Of a DNA stretch of 64,000 nucleotides, positions 37,901 to 50,670 are shown piece after piece. A program made the translations under genes and the position numbers. Origin of the DNA: Macrostomum hystrix (lineage: Eukaryota; Animalia; Platyhelminthes); contig CATNEN010000005.1 of assembly GCA_950097015.1 (NCBI GenBank), positions 992,001-1,056,000 on the forward strand, read 5' to 3'. The notes below the pieces were generated by a model that worked only from the letters and a program-made list of their open reading frames with translations, was not told the DNA's origin and did not search any database. Each line of letters opens with the position of its first letter. Positions within the stretch are counted from its first letter, which is position 1.

Positions 37901-40900
37901 TGATACCGAATCCCAAGTTCTTAATGATCCCTAATCCCAAGTTCTTAATGATACCGAATCCCAAGTTCTTAATGATCCCGAATCCCAAGTTCTTAATGAT
38001 ACTGAATCCCAAATTCTTAATGATACTGAATCCCAAGTTCTTAATGATCCCTAATCCCAAGTTCTTAATGATCCCGAATCCCAAGTTCTTAACGATCCCT
38101 AATCCCAAGTTCTTAATGATCCCGAATCCCAAGTTCTTAATGATACCGAATCCCAAGTTCTTAATGATCCCGAATCCCAAGTTCTTAATGATCCCGAATC
38201 CCAAGTTCTTAATGATACCGAATCCCAAGTTCTTAATGATACCGAATCCCAAGTTCTTAATGATACCGAATCCCAAGTTCTTAATGATACCGAATCCCAA
38301 GTTCTTAATGATACCGAATCCCAAGTTCTTAATGATACCGAATCCCAAGTTCTTAATGATCCCTAATCCCAAGCTCTTAATGATCCCTAATCCCAAGTTC
38401 TTAATGATCCCTAATCCCAAGTTCTTAATGATCCCTAATCCCAAGTTCTTAATGATACCGAATCCCAAGTTCTTAATGATCCCTAATCCCAAGCTCTTAA
38501 TGATCCCTAATCCCAAGTTCTTAATGATACCGAATCCCAAGTTCTTAATGATACCGAATCCCAAGTTCTTAATGATCCCCGAATCCCAAGTTCTTAATGA
38601 TACCGAATCCCAAGTTCTTAATGATACCGAATCCCAAGTTCTTAATGATCCCGAATCCCAAGTTCTTAATGATACCGAATCCCAAGTTCTTAACGATACC
38701 GAATCCCAAGTTCTTAATGATACCGAATCCCAAGTTCTTAATGATACCGAATCCCAAGTTCTTAATGATCCCGAATCCCAAGTTCTTAATGATACCGAAT
38801 CCCAAGTTCTTAATGATACCGAATCCCAAGTTCTTAATGATCCCGAATCCCAAGTTCTTAATGATACCGAATCCCAAGTTCTTAACGATACCGAATCCCA
38901 AGTTCTTAATGATCCCTAATCCCAAGTTCTTAATGATACCGAATCCCAAGTTCTTAATGATCCCTAATCCCAAGTTCTTAATGATACCGAATCCCAAGTT
39001 CTTAACGATACCGAATCCCAAGTTCTTAATGATCCCTAATCCCAAGTTCTTAATGATACCGAATCCCAAGTTCTTAACGATACCGAATCCCAAGTTCTTA
39101 ATGATACCGAATCCCAGGTTCTTAATGATCCCTAATCCCAGGTTCTTAATGATCCCGAATCCCAAGTTCTTAATGATCCCGAATCCCAGGTTCTTAATGA
39201 TCCCTAATCCCATGCTCTTAATGATCCCGAATCCCAAGTTCTTAATGATACCGAATCCCAAGTTCTTAACGATACCGAATCCCAAGTTCTTAATGATACC
39301 GAATCCCAAGTTCTTAATGATACCGAATCCCAAGTTGATCCCTAATCCCAAGTTCTTAATGATCCCTAATCTCACAACTGTTACCCTGCCCATCTACGCT
39401 AATTACAATGCCCCGGCCGTTCCAGAAGAATCTGGCCCCATGCCACAGACTTGTCTTGCCAAAGTCCCATAGTCTTAATAGCTCAATAAGCCTAGCACTG
39501 ATAAGCTCTTTAGACTTTTAATTCGTATTATAAAGGCTTCACTTATACGAGGCTTCACTTATCACTCGTAAATCCTTACATATACAGCCATCGTGCCGCA
39601 TTGTGTAAATGTCAGTGAAAATCTTGTTCAAACACGAGCCACTAGTCAGTCAAATTGACGATCTAATTAATTAATCAATCAAATCTGGCATTGCTGAAAA
39701 CTTGGCACACAAATCAGTTTACTTTATATACTATTTTCTATAGAAAGACTAGGTGAAAAGTACAAAGTTGGCTACCTTGCAATTGTGATTTGTCGCAAAT
39801 AAAAGCTTTTAATGTTACTAAAAATTCTTAAATTTAATTACAGTGTACTGGCTTTCAATCCAGGTGCTTCCAGACCTGATTGCTTTTCGTATTAATTGAA
39901 CTACAAAATGATTGGTATTACATTTCCTACCAATAGAGTCTAGACTGAGAACAAAAAGTGTTCAAGACAAAGCTTTGCTTTTTTTGCACAATTCTAGCGA
40001 TCCTGCTTGATCTAGCTCGTCCACTTAGTAAAGCACAAGTTAATCTGTTTTGTTTTTTTAGTCATGCGGTGTTTGAATGCAATGTCGCAAAGCTTTTTTT
40101 CGGTTAGTTTGCACTGCGTCTAACAGCTGGACTCAATATCTAACAGCTAGACTCAATATCTAACAGCTGGACTCAATATCTAACAGCTAGACTCAATATC
40201 TAACAGCTAGACTCATTATCTAACAGCTAGACTCAATATCTAATAGCTGGACTCAATATCTAACAGCTGGACTCAATATCTAACAGCTAGACTCAATATC
40301 TAACAGCTGGACTCAATATCTAACAGCTGGACTCAATATCTAACAGCTGGACTCAATATCTAATAGCTGGACTCAATATCTAACAGCTGGACTCAATATC
40401 TAACAACTGGACTCAATATCTAACAGCTGGACTCAATATCTAATAGCTGGACTCAATATCTAACAGCTGGACTCAATATCTAACAGCTGGACTCAATATC
40501 TAACAGCTGGACTCAATATCTAATAGCTGGACTCAATATCTAACAGCTGGACTCAATATCTAACAACTGGACTCAATATCTAACAGCTGGACTCAATATC
40601 TAATAAGTTCGACTAGATATTTATCTAGTCGACGTGGAACACATTTAAAATTGCACTTTTGTCATTGAAAGAAACTGCAAAATAGGCAATAGAATTATAC
40701 ACTTCAGTATAAAAGATTTATTCGATTATTTTGTATTTGATTTGCACATTTTAACCTGCTCTTAGTCGACTCTCGTGCTGCTTGAAATTCGATTTTTTTC
40801 ATGTAGATCTACCATGTAGTTCTATGTAGTTTTTCCATCCTCATTGATACGTATATATTGGCTAAATCAATTTACTCTGAAAATATAGGATCGGACTGCA

Positions 40901-43900
40901 GAATCCGCTATTCAACATCTCACAAGGAACCAAGAGAGAAGAGGGAGGTGGATTGCGGCGGGTTCCCCAGCCCTAGATTAGTTGCCAGATCCCATCCGAG
41001 GACTCAATTTCCGGAATAGGGGCCATTATTGAGTAAGAGAGACAGGGCCAGGTTACTGCGTCTGCTGGCTTCGTGTCGTTTAGAATCTTGCGAGTTACTA
41101 ATGCATATGTGTAAGATTGTAAAGTCTTTATCAAATTTAATGCCATAATGTACTGTTAGAGATTCAGTTAGACTTCTTGATTTATAGATCGACTTTTCGA
41201 TTTATCGAACGATTTCTGGATTTATCGATCGATTTCTGGATTAATCGATCGATTTATGGATTTATCGATCGCTTTCTCGATTTATCGATCGGCTTCTGGA
41301 TTTATCGATCGAATTTTCGATTTATCGAACAATTTCTGGATTTATCGATCGATTTCTGGATGAATCGATCGATTTATGGATTTATCGATCGGCTTCTCGA
41401 TTTATCGATCGATTTCTGGATTTATTGATCGATTTCTCGAGTTATCAATCGATTTATGGATTTATCGATCAAATTCTGGATCTATCGATTGACTTCTGTA
41501 TTTATCGATCGACTTCTGGACTTATCGATCGACATCTGGATATATCGATCGACTTCTGGATATATCGATCGACTTCTGGATTTATCGATCGACTTCTGGA
41601 TTTATCGATCAATTTCTCGATTTATCGATCGACTTCTAGATTAATTTTTTAACTTTACTGCCTAACTCAATTTCATTGAAGTAATTATTTAGATCTATAA
41701 TATATGCAAGAGTTAACGCAGCTAAACTGTGAAATTTTAAACTTCCTGTATAAACTGCCTAGTACAGATATAGAAATGCGTTAAGTTGCATATTTGACCT
41801 AACTCAAACTGTTCGCTAAAATAGATCATCCCTGTTTCCTATCGCTCTCTAAAATTGCTTCTTTCTGCTCGCCCTGTGCATGGTAATATCGCCTCCTCTT
41901 TGCTCAGCTGTACTCTGATAGTATTGAGCATATATAATAGAATATAGTGAGCATATATAGGAGATTAGATTTCAACTATTCATGGCCCTGTAGGCCATAT
42001 CTCTGTGTCTAGCACCAATCGTTTTTATTTCATCGATTTATTGATAAATCAATAATTGCTTGTGTAAAGCCACTATTTTTTTAAGAATTCTCAGCACTAG
42101 CTGAAAATTATGAATAAATCTAGATTTATAATCGCCTTTTTCTGCTTTTGTGGGTTTCGAGTTTTTCTCTTATGTCCTTGAATAATATCGTTAGGACACT
42201 CTATTAGCTACTAGTTGCCACAATGAATACTTTCTCAGTCACTCTACCAGATATTTTTTGGTCACTCTACCAGATATTATTTGGTCACTCTACCGGATAT
42301 TATTTGGTCACTCTACCAGATATTATTTGGTCACTCTACCGGATATTATTTGGTCACTCTACCAGATATTATTTGGTCACTCTACCAGATATTATTTGGT
42401 CACTCTACCAGATATTATTTGGTCACTCTACCAGATATTATTTGGTCACTCTACCGGATATTATTTGGTCACTCTACCGGATATTATTTGGTCACTCTAC
42501 CAGATATTATTTGGTCACTCTACCAGAATCAATATGGTCACTCTACCAGAATTAATATGGTCACTCTACCAGATACACTATGGTCACTCTACCAGATACA
42601 CTATGGTCACTCTATTAGATACACTATGGTCACTCTATTAGATACACTATGGTCACTCTATTAGATACACTATGGTCACTCTATTAGATACACTATGGTC
42701 ACTCTATTAGATACACTATGGTCACTCTATTAGATACACTATGGTCACTCTATTAGATACACTATGGTCACTCTACCAGATACACTATGGTCACTCTATT
42801 AGATACACTATGGTCACTCTAACAGATACACTATGGTCACTCTATTAGATACACTATGGTCACTCTACCAGATACACTATGGTCACTCTATTAGATACAC
42901 TATGGTCACTCTATTAGATACACTATGGTCACTCTACCAGATACACTATGGTCACTCTATTCAGATTGTCACTCTATTCATGTATCCATCGTATATATAT
43001 GGTACAAGAGTATTCTCTCAAACCCTAAATAATGCTATAATTTAGATAGAACAGACAGGCTAACTCGTACCTCTTAACTAGAGAAGTGGACAGGTGTTCC
43101 AAGCCTTGCCTTCCACGTACCTGTCTGAATAATTCATTGCCTTAAGAGTTCTGCTTTCACTCTAACTCTCTCTCGTTCCTATGTGGCCCATCGTTTTCGA
43201 TTAATATCTGAGACTCATCTCAGCATGCCTGCTTTAAGTCTATTTCATTGTCTGACTATATTCGCCGCTTCCTTGTTTGGAGACGCAACCGAGAAAGGCC
43301 TATAGGAAACTAACTACTAGAAGCTTGAGAGAGGCTCACATATGGTACTTTTAAATTTGAGGAGTTTAGTAAAATGGCAAATATTTGCTAGAAAATTGTT
43401 TAGAACCTGCAGTGCTTCAGGTCTCTAAGGACGTTGCTTATAGAGTGAGTTAGTGAGATTTACATTATACGAATACTGCCGTGTGTTGTGATTACATGTC
43501 TGCTTCTATAGGCTATAAATCATTCAAGAAAATAAAACCGCACAGCTGCTGTTTTTACTCGGTGCATCCTTAGGCTGTGCAGTGTGTACAGTTGTTTAGT
43601 CAATGACATTGGTACGGCCGCCTCAACAGTAGAAAGACCACTGCATGGGGAGTATTTCAAAATCCGTACAATTTTCTTTTTCCTGTATCCCTTAAAATAT
43701 TCGCCAAGAAAATCCTGAACACGGGCTCAAATTTTCCTAAGGTACATAACAATTATATCGCGTTAATTTATGTGATGTACATTATTGTTCTGATTCTGAT
43801 CTGAACACTCATGATGTCATTTATGTTGATGATGCGTCTGTGACTGCTTCCACCACTAGCACTCAAAGCCAAAATCAGCCTAATCTATTATTGACAAAGA

Positions 43901-46900
43901 CAATTAGAGTGATACGACAATATAACAATGTTATAACAATATTTCGCCCATTTAATCCTCTTCTCTGATCAGCCACGAGTCTTTAGTGTGCAGAAAATAT
44001 GCAGAAAACACGAAAAAATGATGTATAGGACCAAGTATCGGAATAAAGTGTCGCGATAACTAAAATGTTGGTATCTGACCAACAAATATCGCCGATGCCT
44101 TTTAGAGTATCGGTATCGGAGTATCGCTTTTGTAAAAGTATGTTACTGCTTTGGGATCTATCGTGAAGTAGGCAGGGGGGTATTTGAAACACCCAGTGGT
44201 ATTTCCCGTGAAAACAGTGTGATCTTTCTCGTGCTACGGCTTAAGGAGAAGTTCCTTAGCATATATAGCCACTCTCAGTCAAAAGTCCGAAGCGCTTGCC
44301 TGAACTCTATAGAAACTGCCTTAAAGTACACAATTCGATAAAATGCACTTCTTTTCTATAAGAGTACTAGTGTACTATTGTGATTTGCACTTTAGCAGAA
44401 AGTACATTTCTATTTTTTTATTTCACCGCAGACTGCGACAGAGCAAAGTATTGGTTGAATTTCACGGAAATTCATCGCAAAGCCTACGAATGGCAGCGTC
44501 AGCGGCTCGATGCTTTTAAGCAGCAGCAGCAGCAGCAGCAGCTAGCAGAAAGCATAACCGTTTTCCGACTGCAAGACATATGCATGAGCTGTGTAGCATC
44601 TGGAAGCAGTCTTACAGCGCAGAAGAAGCAGGCCGCCTTTCTTGGCACAGATAAGCGCCGCCATATGCTACCAGCTTCCAGCCTATCTATTTTCCTTGAT
44701 TATACGCAATTTTATTATCCGAACGCTCAGTGTACTACTGACTTAGTTGGTAAGTAGTCTAGCTGGAATGTGAAATTCTAGATTTTTTTCTTTTTTAATG
44801 TCTTCAATTAGATTTATTTATAAATAATAGTTCGGAAGCTGTTTTAAAACAATTTTAAAGGCTTTTTGACGCCCTGTAGACTCTAAGACGGGTCGTTAAT
44901 TCCAAAGGCAGTTATCTTATCCGACTACATTTTTCTACTAGGTATATCGCCACCACCGCCACCCTGTGTGTATTTGCACCTGAATCCGATGCACATTCGC
45001 TTAGACAACGACACCATCATCTGGTTGAGCGCGTTTGCAGCTAATCTTACAAAAAATCTGGTGAGTTAAATTTTAGCGTGGATTTTTAGTTTTCTTTGTG
45101 TACTAGTCTATCAGTTATTTAGGTGATTAGGTTATTTATCTGAATTTTATTAATTGACCCGGAAGTGTAATTTGTCAATTTATTCAATTTGTCATCTATT
45201 GACCATTAGCATATGAGTTCGTTTATAATATTATTTTGAACCAGGAATTTTCATGTTTCCGTTGTCAGAGTAACAATCTAGCCGTTTTTTTAATAAAAGG
45301 ATAGTAATCGTAGTTATATTAGTCTAGGACAAGTGCTAAAGTGCTTTTTTGCATATTTTATCACCGTCTCTATTTAGTAGCCACTCCACTCCTCGCCCTA
45401 ACGAAACCCCAGCCAACCAGCCACTTCACACCTCACCCTTATTTAACCCCCCAGCCATGCAGCCACCTCACTCTCCGCGCATATTTAACCCACCAGCCCG
45501 GCAGCCACCTCATTCCCCCACATATATTTAACCCCCTCAGCCGAGCTACCACCTCACTCCTCGGCCTTATTTAACCCCCAGCCAAGCAGCCACCTCCCCC
45601 GCCCTTATTTAACCCGCCACGCCCATATTTATATAGAAACCCATTGGTCAGTACCCTACTTAACAGCGGCGCCTGGTGATTAGTTAAATATTGGATCTAA
45701 TGCCATATAGGAAGCAATCTTTTTGCGGCAGTTTAAATAGCAAGTAACAGTAATAACTTGATTGTTACACTAAGTTTTCGAACGTAGATCTAATCTGCAA
45801 ATGCTAAAAGACCCGCACTTTTTCCTAATGAGTTTGTTTTATTCTTCAAATTCTTTATTTTAATAATTGAGCTTTTCTAAAGTCACCAGAAATCTACCCA
45901 CATCGCACAAGCTCAAGTTTATAATTTATCTAGCTATCTCCCTTCATCAGGGCGCGAGCGATGGCCTAGCTAATACAATAACATAACGATACCTAACGAT
46001 AATGTCCAAAATATATTTATATATACCACTTAAAATTGTATTATTCCATTCTCACAGCTTGAGTTATATATTAAAATCCACGTTGACTCTCCATTGTGTA
46101 GGATCGATCGTTGCAAAATTTGGACAATTACAAATTCATCGCTGGCAGCGTCGTAAGATTAATCAATCGATAAATTTAACAGTGATAGATTCTTAGTTTA
46201 AATTGAAATAAGAAAAGCGTCATGTGACAGTTGAACTTGATAGATAAAAACAATCGAATCATAGCCACGCCAAGCTTGCTTATCTTTTCGCAAAGCGTCA
46301 CATGACAGTTGGTATTTTCAGTAAAAATCGGATAGGAATAAAATAGTAGTTTTCTTTCTCGCAGAGCGTCACGTGACAGTTGGCCTTGGCAGTAAAAATC
46401 GGATAGGAATAAAATAGTAGTTTTCTTTCTCGCAGAGCGTCACGTGACAGTTGGCCTTGGCAGTAAAAATCGGATAGGAATAAAATAGTAGTTTTCTTTC
46501 TCGCAGAGCGTCACGTGACAGTTGGCCTTGGCAGTAAAAAGTCGTATAGGAATAAAATAGTAGTTTTCTTTCTCGCAGAGCGTCACGTGACAGTTGGCCT
46601 TGGCAGTAAAAAGTCATATAGGAATAAAATAGTAGTTTTCTTTCTCGCAGAGCGTCACGTGACAGTCGACCCTGTGGCTTTAAGATGCGATATTAACACT
46701 TTACAAGGACGGGTGTACTTTTTGAAAATTTTATTATAGAGAGTTGTTTAGAATAACAGAATTTTATCCTTACTCATGCGGCGGCATTGCCGCAAGTGGA
46801 AAGTTTAAATAAGCTCATTTCACTACTAAGAAATAAAACAAGCTACATAAGTTTATTTTAGCTTCGTTAAAATACATGCAGTGTGAATATATTTTCTTTA

Positions 46901-49900
46901 TTTCGATTCGGTCACTTTTTGTTACACGGCTCACTTTTTTCATGGGGCAGCAAACTATAATATCGTAATTTACTAATCCTATATAATTTTTCTTCTTGTG
47001 AATACTATTTCATTTTTTCATTGCGTTTTAACAAAGTTCATATGCAGATTATTTCACAAGCTCGGAAAATGTAAAATGGATTGGATTATGGATTTAATTC
47101 TAAAAACAGATTTAGAAGTTCAAAAGGTTGTGAATAATACTCATTAAATGTCCAAAAGGGTTGGCATTTTTAAAACACATCTGGGTCAATAAGTGTATAC
47201 TGAGTGTATTAGAAAGAATAATAAAACAAAAGAAGAGACAAAGTGGTATTTAAATTTCGTTTCATATATACATATTCATATTTTGTTTTCTATTTGGTGC
47301 ACAGACTAATAAACGCAATCGTCTAAAACTTAATTTATGATTTTTTCTATCCTTATTATAGAATTTTTTGTTTAAATATAAATAGTATGTGCATTTGATG
47401 TGACTTCCTAGCTGTTCAAATTTCATAATTTATGCATGCTTTGTCGCTTTGCCATTGTTTTCTCCGTTTTAAAATAAAAGTATTCAAACGAATTGTCTGC
47501 AATACTGAATTACAGGATCAAGTTCCTGTGTCTGACAACGGCCGAAGGATGAGCGAATCGACGATCGACTTCTTGGCCCAGATCTCATCTCCAAGGGTAA
47601 TGTTCACAAGTTCACTCTGTTCACAAGTTCACTCTGTTCACAAGTTCACTCTGTTCACAAGTTCACTCTGTTCACAAGTTCACTCTGTTCACAAGTTCAC
47701 TCTGTTCACAAGTTCACTCTGTTCACAAGTTCACTCTGTTCACAAGTTCACTCTGTTCACAAGTTCACTCTGTTCACAAGTTCACTCTGTTCACAAGTTC
47801 ACTCTGTTCACAAGTTCACTCTGTTCACAAGTTCACTTTGTTCACAAGTTCACTCTGTTCACAAGTTCACTCTGTTCACAAGTTCACTCTGTTCACAAGT
47901 TCACTTTGTTCACAAGTTTACTCTGTTCACAAGTTCACTCTGTTCACAAGTTCACTCTGTTCACAAGTTCACTCTGTTCACAAGTTCACTCTGTTCACAA
48001 GTTCACTCTGTTCAAAAGTTCACTCTGTTCACAAGTTCACTCTGTTCACAAGTTCACTCTGTTCCGTCCCGAACAGGTAATCTGTCCAGCAAAACAGGAG
48101 CATCTCGAGCATCCCGAGCGTCCAAATAGTCTGGAACTGCTGGCAAACTCCGTGTCTATCAGCAACTGTCCCCAGGGCGACATGCCCGAAGCTCTGACAG
48201 CCGCGTTGGATCGCAGCGAAGCTTCCGTTCCTAGTGGCGTCCTTGGCAACGGTCCGACGGATTTTCCGCACGCGGTCAGCGATCCCAGACTAACGGACAT
48301 CAGGCATCTGCTACTATCGAAGCGAATGCAGCCAGCCCGCCTCTGGGGTGTCGTCCTGCGTCAGGCCTGGTGTGAGTTCACCGGTGCCAAAGCCTGCCGA
48401 CCGCGTCAGCAGCAGCTCGCGATGGACGCCGCTTCTCCGGTGTCGCTGTTCATCGACCCCCAGACTAATTTCGCTCTGTTTCACGCGCCCAATCTGCGCC
48501 TGATGGCTACTCACTATCAGTACCTGTTCACAATGCGCTACTTTGAAGATCTGATCGACTGTCTGGCTAAAGCTGACGCTGATAAGACCGCCGTGGGAGC
48601 GGCAGCAACTGCCACCGCTTCATCGACTACCGACAATCCTGCAGCGGTTGCACTCAACGTTTGCGCCGTCTTTGATCGACTTGACATCGGCCTGGTGATG
48701 CCAGCTTTGGCTGAGACTCCGAACTCTGCTGAAGCAGCAGCTTTTGCTGCCGCTGCGGCTGCCGCTGCTGCTGCGGCGGCTGCTACATCGGCTGGCACCT
48801 CTGTGATTGTTGAGAACTCGATGCCCGCCACTATTAAGCAGTCCCAGGGACCATCCAGCGGTGAGCCCAGGACTCTGCGCATATCCGACCACGTCAGTTG
48901 CGTCCAAATGCAGCCGCCGCCGTCGCCGCTGATGCATGTTCAGCATCAACAGCCGCAGCATTCGTCTCTGTCACCGCCTCCATCCTGGAATCTCATGGGT
49001 GTCGGCTCTTCGTCCACACCGAACGCTGCCAGTCCAACTCGACCGCCTCATCCGAGCTTATCGGCGCCGTTCCTTGGCAAACTCGGCAGTCAGGTTCGCG
49101 GCTTCGGCGAGAAGATGGTTCGCGCCGCGGTTGGCGGTCACGGATCTACGGGAAATCTTTCAGACTCTGACACGGCCTCATCCTTCGGCGGTGGCAGCGG
49201 CAGCGGCGGCGGCGAACACTGGGACCGCCTGTCGATGTCCAGCGGTATTAGCTCCGAACTGGAGCGCAGCGAACAGATTCGTTTTCTACTGGAGATGACG
49301 GATCAGCAGCAGTATCTGCACATTCAGCAGCAGCAGCAGCATCTCAGACCGGACTCCCGGTCTGCACTCAGCGACCTCGTTGGATCGGACGAGTCCCAGA
49401 CAGCAGCCGCAGCCGCCCAGGCCGCTCCGGACAGTCCAGTGAGCGCCAGCAGTTGCTCCAGTCGATGCCGCGACACAGTCAGCTGCGTGACATTCAGTCT
49501 AGCCTCGCCGGACATTGCCGCAGTGTTTGACGCCGTCGCTGGAGGCAGCCTCTACAAGGTGACATCGCGAGATTTGATCATTCACGAGACTGGCAATGTG
49601 AACTACGAGGACCTCCTGACCGCTGCGCCCGTAGCGCTGCCCGAAATGTCGAAAGACACAGCAGCTGCTGGCTACGGTAAGCTGAGAATCCGCCTGTTCC
49701 TTGACTCTAGACGAACTAACGACTTTCTAGGCGACAGTCTGATGCAGTTCAAGCTAAGAGACTCCTCTTATAACCTGGCCATGTCCTCGGTGGCTAATGT
49801 TTCCGAATTCATCGAAGACGAGCTCCTGTACGCCGTGGTACCAATGAGACTGGACTTCGAAAGAATCACATTGGCACTCAGGGTATGGCTTTAATATTTT

Positions 49901-50632
49901 CACCTGCAGATAAACCTTCAAAATAGGGTAAGAAGTTTAAAAAATTGTCCTTTTCTTCTAGGAGGACCGACCGTGCAACAACTTGTCCTGTCCCGGCGAC
50001 CACCCGGAGCTGAAGCTGAGCCTGCCACACCTCAGTCTGTATCGCGATTTGAAAGAGATTTTTCACCTGCTCAGTGAGTTACGCTTTAGATAAGCTACTA
50101 ATAGTATTAAAGATTTTAAAACAAAAAAAGTAAAACTGGTATCAGTGAAGCAATGCAGACTCTAAGCTTGCTAAAGTACACACATTGTTCCAATGGGGTC
50201 GGGAATCGAGCCCCCGACCATCCAATCATAAGTCAGACGCCCGAATTACTTGGCTGCAGTCCCTTTTGTAGATAACACTGGTTAAAAGAATAACGGAAGA
50301 CCGTTTTCAATAAATTCGAGATAACATTTAGCCCGATTAAGTCTTCGCTACTATAATTTAGTTCATTAATTGATTTTGCTATTTCATATTTTTTGAGTGG
50401 CTGGAGCTTGGAAAATCCCTAAAAGCCGTGTTGCTAAATAAAGAAATTGCTTACTTACTTGATTTACGTCCACTTATTTGATGTGCTTATAAAAGTCAAG
50501 CGAAGTTAAACAATTATTCAAATACTGATTCTCGGGAAAATAGGCGAAGTGCCGCCAGCTAGGCCACCTCAGTATCGCAGCGGCTCTGTCACTTCCACAT
50601 CTGCCGGTCGCGCGGGTTCGGGCAGGCAGTAT

Positions 50633-50670
<38 letters not shown>

